This document shows positions 9,832 to 20,163 of a stretch of DNA of 64,000 nt, piece by piece; within the stretch, counting starts at the first letter, position 1; each line of letters begins with the position of its first letter. Location of the stretch: contig CANQTM010000003.1 in assembly GCA_947626825.1 (NCBI GenBank), positions 40,692 through 104,691 on the forward strand, written 5' to 3'. Below the pieces are notes generated by a model. That model saw only the letters and a list, made by a program, of their open reading frames with translations, ran no database searches and had not been told where the DNA came from. Source of the DNA: an uncultured Bacilli bacterium (GTDB taxonomy: Bacteria > Bacillota_I > Bacilli_A > RFN20 > CAG-631). Made by a program: the position numbers and the translations under genes.

Positions 9832-10383
9832 ATGGAGGCTATTATGAAACAATTAAAATGTTTAGAAAATTTTAATATTAGTAAAACAAATTATTATAAT
9901 GAAGAACAAATGCAATTAATTGTAATATCAATGTTGAAAGAAAGAGGCATCGAAATAGATGATATTGCATTTTTATCTTATACTGCACAATGTAAATATC
10001 TTGATAATTTAACATTAGAAGAATGTAATAATGCAATAATGCAAGTAATAAAAAAACGTGAAACTTTCCACGCTGTTTTATTTGCCATAAATATTGATAT
10101 ATGTGCTGAAAAACATATTTTTGACGAACCATTAAATTCTATATTATTAGCTGATGTTGGCTTATTTGGTATTGATGAGGCTATTGCACTTTCAATTTGT
10201 GGCGATTATGGCACAATAGGTAAAACTAATTTTGGAAATTTAGATGTCAATAAACCAGGTAAAATTTATCAATTACAAAATAATAAAGAACATTGTCATT
10301 GCTTTTTAGACGACATTATTGGAGCAATTGCTGCTAATGCTGCAATTATGATTGCACAGAATCATGCTTCTATGAATTGCTAG
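9832..10383 (+). CDS. Hypothetical protein
   Basis: 183-aa ORF. No family was recognised with confidence. It overlaps the convergent downstream gene by 14 nt. Confidence 0.4.
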   Translation: MEAIMKQLKCLENFNISKTNYYNEEQMQLIVISMLKERGIEIDDIAFLSYTAQCKYLDNLTLEECNNAIMQVIKKRETFHAVLFAINIDICAEKHIFDEPLNSILLADVGLFGIDEAIALSICGDYGTIGKTNFGNLDVNKPGKIYQLQNNKEHCHCFLDDIIGAIAANAAIMIAQNHASMNC

Positions 10384-11236
10384 ATTCTAAACTATCAATA
10401 TAATTAAAATATTTTTGAAATTTTTTATAAAATTTTTGATTTTCTTTAGTAAAATCGTAATGATAATTTAAATTAATAATATTATTTAAATCATAATATT
10501 TATTAAGTTTAATTCTTTCAAGTAGTCCTATTGAAATTGCTTGTTGCGGACACAAAAAACTACAACGCATACACATCAAACATTTATTTCCAAAAACCAT
10601 TTTTCTTTTTTCTTTATTGTATGTAATATTTTGTGTTGGGCAATTTTTTTGGCATAAATGACATTTATTACATTTATCTTTATCTATTTTATAAAAATGA
10701 CTATTAATTTTACTACCTAATCTATAAATTTTAAAAATAAATGTAATAAAACGATAAAATAAATTTACATTATAAGGTTTTTTATTTAATAAATTATCAA
10801 CCATATAATTTAAATATTTAAGATTATATTGCATTTCTAAAGATATGAATTGTTCTTTTGTTTTAAAAAGAATATTATATGGCATTAAAAAATGATACTC
10901 TCCTAAAAAAGTATTATTTTTTTTCATAATTTTATAAATTTTATAAGAAGATGCTTTATTAAATTTAAATGGTTCTCCACTGTTTTTATAAATAAAATAA
11001 TTACAATTTGATAATTTTAAATTTTTAATATTTTGTTCGACAATTTTTGGAGCATTAAAAGCATATATTGGATAACCAATACCTATTAAATCATATTTTT
11101 TATTTGCAAAATTATTTTTATTTTCCAAAGAAAAAACATCAACTGAATTATTTTTCTTTAATAATAAATTTTTTAAAATTGAGGTTAAATATAATGTATT
11201 ATATGTTCCGCTAAAATATAATAAAGCAATTCTCAT
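10370..11236 (-). CDS. EFR1-family ferredoxin (flavodoxin-like fold plus 4Fe-4S ferredoxin-type domain)
   Basis: 288 aa. Two CxxCxxC-type clusters are present (CNKCHLCQKNCP and CLMCMRCSFLCP) after an N-terminal flavodoxin-like region. Confidence 0.55.
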   Translation of the reverse strand: MRIALLYFSGTYNTLYLTSILKNLLLKKNNSVDVFSLENKNNFANKKYDLIGIGYPIYAFNAPKIVEQNIKNLKLSNCNYFIYKNSGEPFKFNKASSYKIYKIMKKNNTFLGEYHFLMPYNILFKTKEQFISLEMQYNLKYLNYMVDNLLNKKPYNVNLFYRFITFIFKIYRLGSKINSHFYKIDKDKCNKCHLCQKNCPTQNITYNKEKRKMVFGNKCLMCMRCSFLCPQQAISIGLLERIKLNKYYDLNNIINLNYHYDFTKENQKFYKKFQKYFNYIDSLESSNS

Positions 11237-11237
11237 T

Positions 11238-12026
11238 TTATTTTTCCATTTCTATCATTTTTAATAAATGTTTAACAGCACCATCTTCATCATTAGTAAG
11301 CATAGTTATCTCATCAGCACATATTTTGGCAGCAAATTCAGCATTTTTCATAGCTATACCAATATTGGCATAAAATAATAATTCAGCATCGTTTTCACCA
11401 TCGCCAAAAAAAATCAAATCTTTTGCTGATTTATTATATAGTTTTAAAAGAACATCTACACCTTCCTTTTTAGAAAAATTTAAATTGTAAAACTCACCAA
11501 CTACATTCCAATATCTATAATGATAATCATTGTTACTTGTATTAATCAATTGGGCAATTCTTTCTTGATATTTATGATCTTTAGCCATAATAACCATTGT
11601 ATTAGGAGCTGATGGCAATGTTTTTTTAAAATCGCCAATTATATCAACATTGGGCCATCCTTTGCCAGTCAATGCATATGATTTATAATCAATTTCTACT
11701 AAAACATCTAAAACCATAGACATTATTTCTTGATTTGCTAATAAATCATTTAATATTTGCATAGGTATTGTAATATTACGATATTTAATGTTCTTTATAG
11801 GATCATAAACTAAAGCACCATTACATAATACACATATTTCTTTTATATGACATCTTCGATAAATTTCAATACTTGAAACAATGCTTCGACCTGTTACTAA
11901 AGTTATTTTATAACCATCATTTACTAATTTTGTTATAACATCATATGAATAATCTGATGGAAATGCATTACTTCTTGCTAAAGTGCCATCTATATCAAAG
12001 GCAATTAATTTATCTTTTAAAGCCAT
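11238..12026 (-). CDS. Cof-type HAD-IIB family hydrolase
   Basis: 262 aa with FDIDGTL at the N-terminus and GDGENDAELL near the C-terminus. Its stop overlaps the trpS start by 1 nt. Confidence 0.75.
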   Translation of the reverse strand: MALKDKLIAFDIDGTLARSNAFPSDYSYDVITKLVNDGYKITLVTGRSIVSSIEIYRRCHIKEICVLCNGALVYDPIKNIKYRNITIPMQILNDLLANQEIMSMVLDVLVEIDYKSYALTGKGWPNVDIIGDFKKTLPSAPNTMVIMAKDHKYQERIAQLINTSNNDYHYRYWNVVGEFYNLNFSKKEGVDVLLKLYNKSAKDLIFFGDGENDAELLFYANIGIAMKNAEFAAKICADEITMLTNDEDGAVKHLLKMIEMEK

Positions 12027-13018
12027 TATCTTAATCCTACTTTTCTATAAACTTTATTCAATTTTTTTCGAGCTTCATAAATAGCTTTATATGATCCCTC
12101 TTGAAGAATATTTTCAATTATACCACTTTTTTGTATGTCATTTACTTTTGATTGAAGTAAACTTAATTCATTAACTACAACATCGGCTACTTTCTTTTTA
12201 AAGACACCATAATTATCATTTTGACATTCATTTACAACATTTTCTATTGATTTATTTGTTAAAGCAGACATTATAGTTATTAAATTTGAAATTCCAGGTT
12301 TATTAACTGGATCATATATTATTTCATTACCACTATCTGTTACAGCAGACATTATTTTTTTACGAATAATTGCCAAATCTTCTAATAAATAAATTGTTCC
12401 TTTATCTGATTCTGATTTAGACATTTTCTTTAAAGGATTAGATAATGAATTTATTTTAGAACCAATTTTTGGAGTTAAAGGTTCAGGAATTTTAAATGTA
12501 TCTGAATATCTTGAATTAAAACGTATTGCTAAATCTCTAGTTAATTCAACATGTTGTTTTTGATCAATTCCAACTGGAACATAATCAGCATCATAAAGTA
12601 AAATATCTGCAGCCATTAATGTGGGATAAATAAATATTCCTGTAGGAATAGCCTCATTACTTGCTATTTTACTAACTTTATCCTTATATTGAGTCATTCT
12701 AGATAATTCACCTATATATGAATTAAATGTCATTATAAAGCCAAGTTCAGCATGCATTGGGACATCGCTTTGTCTAAACAATGTGACCTTTTTAGGATCT
12801 AAGCCACACGCTAAATAAACTGCTATTAAATTTTTAACATTATTTCGTAATTCTTTGGCTTCAATTGGCAATGTTAAGGCGTGCAAATCAGCAATAAAAA
12901 CATACATTTCATATTCATCTTGATATTTTATAAATTGTTTAATTGCACCAATATAATTACCTAATGTTAATTGCCCTGTTGGCTTAATGCCACTTACTAA
13001 TCTTTTAATTTCTGACAT
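12026..13018 (-). CDS. trpS: Tryptophan--tRNA ligase
   Basis: 330 aa. The class I HIGH-like region (SGIKPTGQLTLGNYIGA) and the KMSKS motif (KKMSKSE) are present, and the size is typical of TrpRS. Confidence 0.9.
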   Translation of the reverse strand: MSEIKRLVSGIKPTGQLTLGNYIGAIKQFIKYQDEYEMYVFIADLHALTLPIEAKELRNNVKNLIAVYLACGLDPKKVTLFRQSDVPMHAELGFIMTFNSYIGELSRMTQYKDKVSKIASNEAIPTGIFIYPTLMAADILLYDADYVPVGIDQKQHVELTRDLAIRFNSRYSDTFKIPEPLTPKIGSKINSLSNPLKKMSKSESDKGTIYLLEDLAIIRKKIMSAVTDSGNEIIYDPVNKPGISNLITIMSALTNKSIENVVNECQNDNYGVFKKKVADVVVNELSLLQSKVNDIQKSGIIENILQEGSYKAIYEARKKLNKVYRKVGLR

Positions 13019-13029
13019 AATAAAGTCCC

Positions 13030-13265
13030 CCTTTAAAAAAAATAAATCCTTAGAAAAAATCTAAGGACGCAAATTTTACGTGGTACCACCTTAGTTTATA
13101 GTTTCCTATGCACTTTATCTCTATAATGGGAGAACCCAGCGCCACTACTTTGTTCGTTTTGCCCTCAATGACCCATATTATCTACTTTTCTTATTTGCTT
13201 CCACCAAGTGCAAATTCTCTATAAAAGAAATTAGTAGTTTTTCTTCATCTCATCGGTTTATTACA
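13030..13265 (-). promoter_or_regulatory. T-box riboswitch leader upstream of trpS
   Basis: The minus-strand leader contains the conserved T-box sequence ACTAAGGTGGTACCACG (plus-strand 13079..13092 reads cgtggtaccacctt). It is followed by a terminator hairpin (tccttag...ctaagga) and a U-run immediately upstream of the trpS RBS. TGG triplets that could be specifier codons are present in the stem I region. Confidence 0.75.
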
Positions 13266-13282
13266 TTATATGATTTTTTATA

Positions 13283-14875
13283 TTATTTATCAATAATTAC
13301 TTTTTTTTTGTATGCTAAATTATATTCAATCTCTTTTTCAGTTCCTCGATATAATTTAGAAATTTTATTTCTATATTCATTACCTTTAGCAAGATATATC
13401 TTTTTTGGTGCCCTGACTAAATTATAATAATTATAAAATTCTTCCATATTTTCAACTATTTCAACAAAATTAGTAAAATCATGATTTATTGTATTTGTCC
13501 ATGATGCTTCTGAAAATGCCATTAATCTTGGCATAATTTGAAATTCTAAAATATTATTATTTTCAACCCATTCAGACCATAAACAACATTCCATACCTAA
13601 AATGTTTTTGTAAGCATTTCTTTTTAAAGAAGTTAAATGTATTCCTCTATTATATGTTCTAACAATAGGTAATTCACCATATGGGTCATTAAAATAAAAT
13701 TGTGAACAAGGAGAATATATTGTTTTTCTTCCTTGATTGATATAATCTATTTTATCCAATTCCATTTTATAATTCCAATATTGCATTATAACTCTATTAT
13801 CAGTATCATCAAAAACACCATCATGCCACATTATAACTTTTTTATTATAATTATCCATAATGTGTTTAGCGATTTCATTAGAAAAATGTGCTTGTAATTT
13901 AATAGTATTATCTAAATTTAATTCTTTCATTTTCTTTTGACAATTTGGACATTTTTCATAATTTTCATGATTTACTTCATCGCCACCAATATGAATATAT
14001 TTTGAATTAGAAAATAATTTACATAATTCATCAACTAATTTTTTGGCAAAATCATATGTAGTATCTTTACCTGGACACATTATTTCTTTAAATACACCAA
14101 AATCCCCACGAACTTCATATTGTTTATCAAAACAATGTAAGATAGGATATGCAGAAACAATAGCTGAAGTATGACCAGGCATATCAATTTCCGGTATTAT
14201 TTCAACATATTTTTCTTTAGCATATTTAACAATATCTAATATTTGATCACATGAATAACATCTTTGATATTCATTATTATCCCAATCATCATTTTCTTGA
14301 GAATTAATTTTAGTTTTTAAACGTTTAGATGCAATTTCTTTTAACTTAGGAAAGTTAGGAAAATCTATTCTAAATCCTTGATCATCTGACAAATGCCAAT
14401 GCAATGTATTAATTTTTAAATCAGATAAAACAGATATTATTTTTTTGACCTCTTCACATCCAAAAAAATGTCTAGATTCATCCAACATAAAAGATCTAAA
14501 TGCGAAACGAGGTTTATCTTCAATATAATAAATTTTTGATGTTATTTTATTTATTTGCCCTTTTTTCTTTAAATTAAATAATTGACTTAATGTTCTGGTA
14601 GCATAATAAAAGCCTTTTTCGCCACTTGCTAAAACTGAAGTGGCTTCTTTATCCATATAAATAATATATGCTTCTTCTTTTATTTCTTTACTAAAAACAA
14701 AAGAAAATTCATATTCATTAGCATTATCATCAATTTTTAATCTATTAGATAATTCATTATTTAAATTCTTAACAGCATTTTGATATTTTTTTTCAATTAA
14801 AATTTTATAATTCGAAAAATTTATTGTACCTTTTTCTTCTTTAATAATATTAGGAAATGGAATTAATTTTATCAT
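13283..14875 (-). CDS. Beta-N-acetylhexosaminidase (glycoside hydrolase family 20)
   Basis: 530 aa with the HIGGDE catalytic motif (KYIHIGGDEVN) and HWHLSDDQGFR, both typical of GH20. Confidence 0.8.
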   Translation of the reverse strand: MIKLIPFPNIIKEEKGTINFSNYKILIEKKYQNAVKNLNNELSNRLKIDDNANEYEFSFVFSKEIKEEAYIIYMDKEATSVLASGEKGFYYATRTLSQLFNLKKKGQINKITSKIYYIEDKPRFAFRSFMLDESRHFFGCEEVKKIISVLSDLKINTLHWHLSDDQGFRIDFPNFPKLKEIASKRLKTKINSQENDDWDNNEYQRCYSCDQILDIVKYAKEKYVEIIPEIDMPGHTSAIVSAYPILHCFDKQYEVRGDFGVFKEIMCPGKDTTYDFAKKLVDELCKLFSNSKYIHIGGDEVNHENYEKCPNCQKKMKELNLDNTIKLQAHFSNEIAKHIMDNYNKKVIMWHDGVFDDTDNRVIMQYWNYKMELDKIDYINQGRKTIYSPCSQFYFNDPYGELPIVRTYNRGIHLTSLKRNAYKNILGMECCLWSEWVENNNILEFQIMPRLMAFSEASWTNTINHDFTNFVEIVENMEEFYNYYNLVRAPKKIYLAKGNEYRNKISKLYRGTEKEIEYNLAYKKKVIIDK

Positions 14876-14962
14876 AAGATTTCACCTATCCTTTGTTATA
14901 AATTTTACTTTATATTTATTTTAAAGTAAAGAATATGCTATAATTAGTTTACAAAAAAAAGG

Positions 14963-15538
14963 ATGATGATTATGCAAAAAAAAATACATTGGATAATGAT
15001 TAATGTTGTTACATTTATTTTAATTGCTTTAATGCTTTTTGTACCTTTATTAAATGTTAAAGAGATCAATGGTGATTTAATTAATAAAGATTTATTTGGA
15101 TTTAATATTCTAAGTGGCTTTTCAATTAAAAATATAAATGATAGTGGTGAAATTAAAAATGATATTAGAGTTATGTCATCAAGTTTAACAAGTTTTGTAC
15201 CGATTATGCTTTTAATTTCGACATTTATTATTAATAAAGTAGTTAAAGGACAAATCAGTAAAGATATTATTAACTTTTTAGGAATTGGTATTTGTTTTGT
15301 TTATGTTGTCTTATTACCAATAATTTGTATTAATTTTGAAGCAGAAAATTATGTTAATCATTTAGATTTTACTAAATTATGGGGCTATTATTTATCATGT
15401 GTTATTTTTGGGCTTGCATTTATTTATTATTTTGTTTTGGCAATCATAGAATTAGTTCAAGTTTACAAAAATCAAAAAGCAAGTATAACTCCAACAAGTG
15501 AAAAACAAGAAGAAGATAAAGCTTCATTAAACCAATAA
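14963..15538 (+). CDS. Hypothetical integral membrane protein
   Basis: 191 aa with several hydrophobic segments. No family was recognised. Confidence 0.4.
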   Translation: MMIMQKKIHWIMINVVTFILIALMLFVPLLNVKEINGDLINKDLFGFNILSGFSIKNINDSGEIKNDIRVMSSSLTSFVPIMLLISTFIINKVVKGQISKDIINFLGIGICFVYVVLLPIICINFEAENYVNHLDFTKLWGYYLSCVIFGLAFIYYFVLAIIELVQVYKNQKASITPTSEKQEEDKASLNQ

Positions 15539-15539
15539 A

Positions 15540-15562
15540 AAAAGGACTTTGTCCTTTTTTTA
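15540..15562. terminator. Bidirectional rho-independent terminator
   Basis: aaaaaggactttgtccttttttt is a perfect hairpin flanked by A and T runs between convergent genes. Confidence 0.55.
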
Positions 15563-15565
15563 TAA

Positions 15566-15787
15566 TTATCTACTTGGAATTTTTAAAACATTTTTGGCTT
15601 GTAAGCCATTTTTGGTTTCAAACACTGTAAATTCTACTTCATCACCAGTATTTAAAGTACGATAACCCTTTTGCTTTATTTGTGAATAATGAACAAAAAT
15701 ATCCGTTTCATCATTGAAACGATTAATAAAACCAAAACCTTTTGCAGCATTAAACCATTTTACTTTTCCTGTTTCTTTGTTATTCAT
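15566..15787 (-). CDS. Cold shock protein (CspA family)
   Basis: The cold-shock domain KVKWFNAAKGFGFI...VHYS is present. The track ORF is longer, but an internal ATG at 15787 is preceded by GAGGTG. The N-terminal extension reads through the RBS and is rejected. Confidence 0.85.
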   Translation of the reverse strand: MNNKETGKVKWFNAAKGFGFINRFNDETDIFVHYSQIKQKGYRTLNTGDEVEFTVFETKNGLQAKNVLKIPSR

Positions 15788-15851
15788 TTCTTTACACCTC
15801 TTTATCAATATTTTAAATAAGTAATAAGAAAAAATAAAATAAAATCGTTCG

Positions 15852-16502
15852 TCAAAGTTCGACATTATGAACTGTTTTACTTAAAATTAAGGCCTTAATA
15901 TGACCTTTGTCAATATTTTGTTTAACTAACAAATTAATTATTGTTTTTAATGTGGCTCCACTTGTGAAAATATCATCAACAATCAAATATTTTTTATTTA
16001 TGTCTAATTTTTTATTTTTAATATCAATAACATTTGCTATTTTGTTTCTTTGTTTATAAGTATTAGATGATTGTTTATAATTACTTTTTTTATAAAATAG
16101 ATTCAAATATTTCATTTTTAAACATTCAATCATTTTTTCGATATGTCTAAAACCTCTTTTTTGATCATCGCTTTCATTTGAAGGAGGAAAAACAATAATA
16201 TATCCTTTATATTTCTTTTTTATTTGTTCTTTAAATTGATTAAAAAACACATCTTTTAAAACAATATCATAACAACCTTTGTATTGATAAATTAATTTAC
16301 GAATAAAATCATTATATTCATATAAAAATGTCGTTTCTACATTATTAAATTTACATGTTAAATTTAAAATTTTAAATTTTTTTAAACAATTTTGACAAAT
16401 TATTTTTTGAGAAGAAAACAAATTAGATAAAGATATTTCATTATTAAAATCTTTAAAACAAATTAAACATTGATTCTTTTTTAAAGGCAAATTATTTTTC
16501 AT
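15852..16502 (-). CDS. comFC: ComF family protein (ComFC), phosphoribosyltransferase-type domain
   Basis: 216 aa with N-terminal Cys pairs (CLICF...CQNC) and the C-terminal PRTase motif LIVDDIFTSGATL. It overlaps comFA by 11 nt. Confidence 0.7.
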   Translation of the reverse strand: MKNNLPLKKNQCLICFKDFNNEISLSNLFSSQKIICQNCLKKFKILNLTCKFNNVETTFLYEYNDFIRKLIYQYKGCYDIVLKDVFFNQFKEQIKKKYKGYIIVFPPSNESDDQKRGFRHIEKMIECLKMKYLNLFYKKSNYKQSSNTYKQRNKIANVIDIKNKKLDINKKYLIVDDIFTSGATLKTIINLLVKQNIDKGHIKALILSKTVHNVEL

Positions 16503-17613
16503 TATTTTTATTTATTATTTCATTAATTGCATCTTTCATTGCTTTTGATTTATTTGTTGCTAAAAAATAAATATTTCCTGTTGGTGCTTTAATTTTTCGA
16601 CCAACACGACCTGAAATTTGAATTAAAGATGAAATATCAAATAATGAATTATTTGCTTCATAAACAATTACTTGTACATCAAAAAATGTCATACCTCTTT
16701 CTAATATTGAAGTTGTAATTAATATTTGAATTTTTTTATTTTTAAATTTTTCAATATAAAGATTTTTATCTTTATATGATGAATAAATAAAGGGATAATT
16801 TGTTTGATATGAAAGTTTTAAACCAATAGCAATTGTTGGAACAAATATTAGTATTTGTTTTCTTTTTAATGAAAAAATTATTTCTTTTAAAACATTAATT
16901 TTATTAAAATAATTATATTTTATAAATTTTGGAACTGGTAAATCATAATTATGAAAACGACGATTTACATAAATAACATTTGTACAAATTTTCAAATAAT
17001 CATCTTTTATTGTAGCAGATAAATATGCTATAGGACCTTTAACACTATTATTTAAAAATGTTTCTAATAAATCATTTTGATAATATGGAAATGCATCTGC
17101 TTCATCTAAAATTAAAAAATCAAAATAATTTGGAAAACGATATAATTGGTGGGTTGTTAAAACAACTAATTGCCCTTCTAAATGAGTTGTGTTTCCTCCA
17201 TAAACTAAACTTATTTTAATTTTTGGATAATCGTTTTTTAATCGATTGTAAATTTCTAAACAAACATCTTTTCTTGGTATTGCAAAAGCTACTTTTTTAT
17301 TTTGATTTAAGAAATATTCAATTGCTTGATAAACTATTTCTGTTTTTCCAGCTCCACATACTGCATTAATTATTACTGATTTATTTGCTTTAACATATTC
17401 AAGCAAACTATCACTTGCATTTTGTTGTGCTAAAGTTAAACTATAATTAATATTTGCTTTAATATTATTTTTTAAATGATAATTTGTTTCTATTACTTTT
17501 TTTCCTTTGTTAAAAGTGATGCATTTTCTACAATATGGTTTTCCATTTAAAAAAGCTATATATTTTGGATTATCATTATGACAAACAGGACAAACAAAAA
17601 AATCACCTCCCAT
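16492..17613 (-). CDS. comFA: Competence helicase ComFA (DEAD/DEAH-box)
   Basis: 373 aa. It has N-terminal zinc-finger-like CPVCH...CRKC, Walker A AVCGAGKT and the DEAD-like LILDEADAF. Confidence 0.75.
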   Translation of the reverse strand: MGGDFFVCPVCHNDNPKYIAFLNGKPYCRKCITFNKGKKVIETNYHLKNNIKANINYSLTLAQQNASDSLLEYVKANKSVIINAVCGAGKTEIVYQAIEYFLNQNKKVAFAIPRKDVCLEIYNRLKNDYPKIKISLVYGGNTTHLEGQLVVLTTHQLYRFPNYFDFLILDEADAFPYYQNDLLETFLNNSVKGPIAYLSATIKDDYLKICTNVIYVNRRFHNYDLPVPKFIKYNYFNKINVLKEIIFSLKRKQILIFVPTIAIGLKLSYQTNYPFIYSSYKDKNLYIEKFKNKKIQILITTSILERGMTFFDVQVIVYEANNSLFDISSLIQISGRVGRKIKAPTGNIYFLATNKSKAMKDAINEIINKNNEK

Positions 17614-17650
17614 TAATAAGATAGTGATTTTTTTAAAATATTCTTTAAAA

Positions 17651-19009
17651 TTATAAGGTTAAAAAGGCTTTATATGCTAAATATGCTTCATAAACATCAG
17701 CTTTAGAAACAATTTCCATTGGTGCATGCATATTTAAAACAGCTACTCCAGCATCTATAACATTCATATTATAATTACCTAAAATATAGGCAATAGTACC
17801 GCCACCGCCTAAATCAACACGACCAAGTTCTGAAGTTTGGTAACAAACATTATTATTATCTAAAAGATTTCTAATTTCGGCAAAATATTCTGGCATTGCA
17901 TCATTTGCACCACTTTTACCCCTTGAACCTGTGTATTTATTAAAACAAAGACCATTACCTAAATATGCTGCATTTTTAGAATCATTAACTGATGGAAATA
18001 AAGGATCAAAACCTGCTGAAACATCACTTGATAACATTTTAGTATTTTCTAAAGCATGTCTAACTTTTAAATCAGAATATGTTGTAGTTAAATTAATAAG
18101 TTCTGCAATTGTATTTTCAAACCATTTAGATTCTGCTCCAGTAGCACCAATTGAACCAACTTCTTCTTTGTCAACCAAAACAACACATGAAGTATATTTA
18201 TTAGATTTTGAATCTAAAATTGCTCTTAAAGATGTATATGCACATACTCTATCATCATGACCATATCCTGCTAATAAAGATCTATCTAAACCATAATCTT
18301 TAGCTTTCATGGCAGGAACAACTTCAAGTTCAGCAGACAAGAAATCTTCTTCATCAACATGATATTTTTCTTCTAATAATTTCAAGATATTTGCTTTAAC
18401 TGCATCTTTTTCTTTATCTTTTAATGGTATAGAACCTAATGTAACATCAAGATCTTCCCCTTCAATAACTTTATTAGCTGTTTTTTGTAATTGTTCTGAT
18501 GACAAATGAATTAATAAATCTGAGATTCCAACTATTGGATCGTTTTCATCATCACCAATAGCAACATCTATAACACTACCATCTTTTTTACAAAAAACAC
18601 CATAAATTGCTAATGGAGTTGTTACCCATTGATATTTTTTAATACCCCCATAATAGTGAGTATCAAGTAAAGCAAAATCATTTTTTTCATATAATGGATT
18701 TTGTTTTATATCTAAACGTGGAGAATCAATATGGGCTCCTAAAACTCTTAAACCATTTTCAATTGGTTCTGAGCCAATAATAAATAAAGCAATATTTTTA
18801 TTTTTATTAATAGCATAAACTTTATCGCCTTCTTTTAAATGTTTTAAAGTTTTTATATCAACAAATCCTTTTTCTTTAGCTAATCTTTCACTTTCTTTAA
18901 CACAAAGTCTTTCAGTTTTACCAATATTTAAAAAATTCTTATAATCTTCATTAAATTTCATTATTTCATCATATGAATCATATTTTTTCCAAACATTTTT
19001 TGAATACAT
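17651..19009 (-). CDS. Aminopeptidase, M18/M42-type zinc metallopeptidase family
   Basis: 452 aa. Family assignment is from overall sequence character (GAHIDSP..., HDDRVCAYTS, GGGGT) and is not searched. Confidence 0.6.
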   Translation of the reverse strand: MYSKNVWKKYDSYDEIMKFNEDYKNFLNIGKTERLCVKESERLAKEKGFVDIKTLKHLKEGDKVYAINKNKNIALFIIGSEPIENGLRVLGAHIDSPRLDIKQNPLYEKNDFALLDTHYYGGIKKYQWVTTPLAIYGVFCKKDGSVIDVAIGDDENDPIVGISDLLIHLSSEQLQKTANKVIEGEDLDVTLGSIPLKDKEKDAVKANILKLLEEKYHVDEEDFLSAELEVVPAMKAKDYGLDRSLLAGYGHDDRVCAYTSLRAILDSKSNKYTSCVVLVDKEEVGSIGATGAESKWFENTIAELINLTTTYSDLKVRHALENTKMLSSDVSAGFDPLFPSVNDSKNAAYLGNGLCFNKYTGSRGKSGANDAMPEYFAEIRNLLDNNNVCYQTSELGRVDLGGGGTIAYILGNYNMNVIDAGVAVLNMHAPMEIVSKADVYEAYLAYKAFLTL

Positions 19010-19159
19010 AGTTTTTATCCTCCTAAGTGGCTAAATTATAACATTATTTTTTTTAGTTTACTATAACTATTTTTAGCATAATTTTATGATTTTATTTTTT
19101 ACTAGTATTTAATTTTAACTAGTTGTATAATTGCATATGGAAAAAAGAAGGTAGCAATT

Positions 19160-20131
19160 ATGTTGAAAAAATTTTTGCAAAAAATTAAAGAATTAGGTTT
19201 TAAAGGTATTTTACAAATGAACATTGGTTTAATATGTTGTGCTGTCGCAACAGCATTGCTTATTACACCAGCTAAATTAATTGTTGGTGGAGCCACAGGA
19301 TTTTCTGTTTTCCTTGGTTTACTAACTAAAGTCCCTTATTATGTTTATTTGTATAGTGTTAATATAATTTTAATTATTATTTCTTTTTTTACTTTAGGAA
19401 AAGATTTTACATTTAAAACAATATATGGATCATTGATGTTGCCAACATATGGATTTATAATTTCAGGGATTTGTACATTAACACACTTTAATATTGAAGA
19501 AACAATTTGTAAAGTAGAACCTATATTTATCGTTTTATTTGCCGCCTTACTTATGGGTTATGGCATTGGAATTAACATGAAACTTGGTGGTTCAACTGGT
19601 GGATTTGATATATTAGAATCATTATTTTTAAAATATTTTCACATCCCATATTCAACTTCAATTTATATAATAGATATAGTTTTAGTAGTTTTGGGAATGA
19701 TTTTTTATGATTCAAGCGCTCAATATTTAGTTTTTGAAAATGCACTTTCTGAAGGGCTTGGTGCAACAATATATATAGTTGTTGTTGGTGTAGTGGTCGA
19801 TACTATCACATTTGGTGGTTATAATAAAAGAGCAGTTTTTATACGTTCTGTTAAATATGAAGAAATACATGATGCTATTATTAATCGATTAATTCGTGGT
19901 TTAACTTATATTGATGCTGAAGGAGGTTATTCACAAACACCAACAAAAATGATAATTTGTATTTGTTATTCAAAAGAATATTTTATTTTAAGAGATATGA
20001 TTCAACAAATTGATCCAACAGCTTTTATTTTTGTTACAAAAGCTACCGAAGTTAGAGGACTTGGATTTAATTATGAAACACCTGAATATCTAAACCAAAG
20101 AAAAAAAATCAAAGAGAAAAAAGACACCTAA
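19160..20131 (+). CDS. YitT family membrane protein (DUF161/DUF2179)
   Basis: 323 aa, multi-pass membrane N-terminus plus the soluble C-terminal domain typical of YitT. Confidence 0.7.
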   Translation: MLKKFLQKIKELGFKGILQMNIGLICCAVATALLITPAKLIVGGATGFSVFLGLLTKVPYYVYLYSVNIILIIISFFTLGKDFTFKTIYGSLMLPTYGFIISGICTLTHFNIEETICKVEPIFIVLFAALLMGYGIGINMKLGGSTGGFDILESLFLKYFHIPYSTSIYIIDIVLVVLGMIFYDSSAQYLVFENALSEGLGATIYIVVVGVVVDTITFGGYNKRAVFIRSVKYEEIHDAIINRLIRGLTYIDAEGGYSQTPTKMIICICYSKEYFILRDMIQQIDPTAFIFVTKATEVRGLGFNYETPEYLNQRKKIKEKKDT

Positions 20132-20163
20132 ATATCAATAATGATTTTTAAGTGTCTTTCTTT

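Noticed and set aside
9832-10383. Assigning the 183-aa protein to the PgpA or UPF0340 families.
   Set aside because: My recollection of those family signatures did not match specific motifs in this sequence. It is left as hypothetical.
15788-15865. 26-codon N-terminal extension on the cold shock protein ORF.
   Set aside because: The internal ATG at 15787 has a GAGGTG RBS at ideal spacing and yields a canonical Csp of about 73 aa. The extension is hydrophobic and reads through the RBS.
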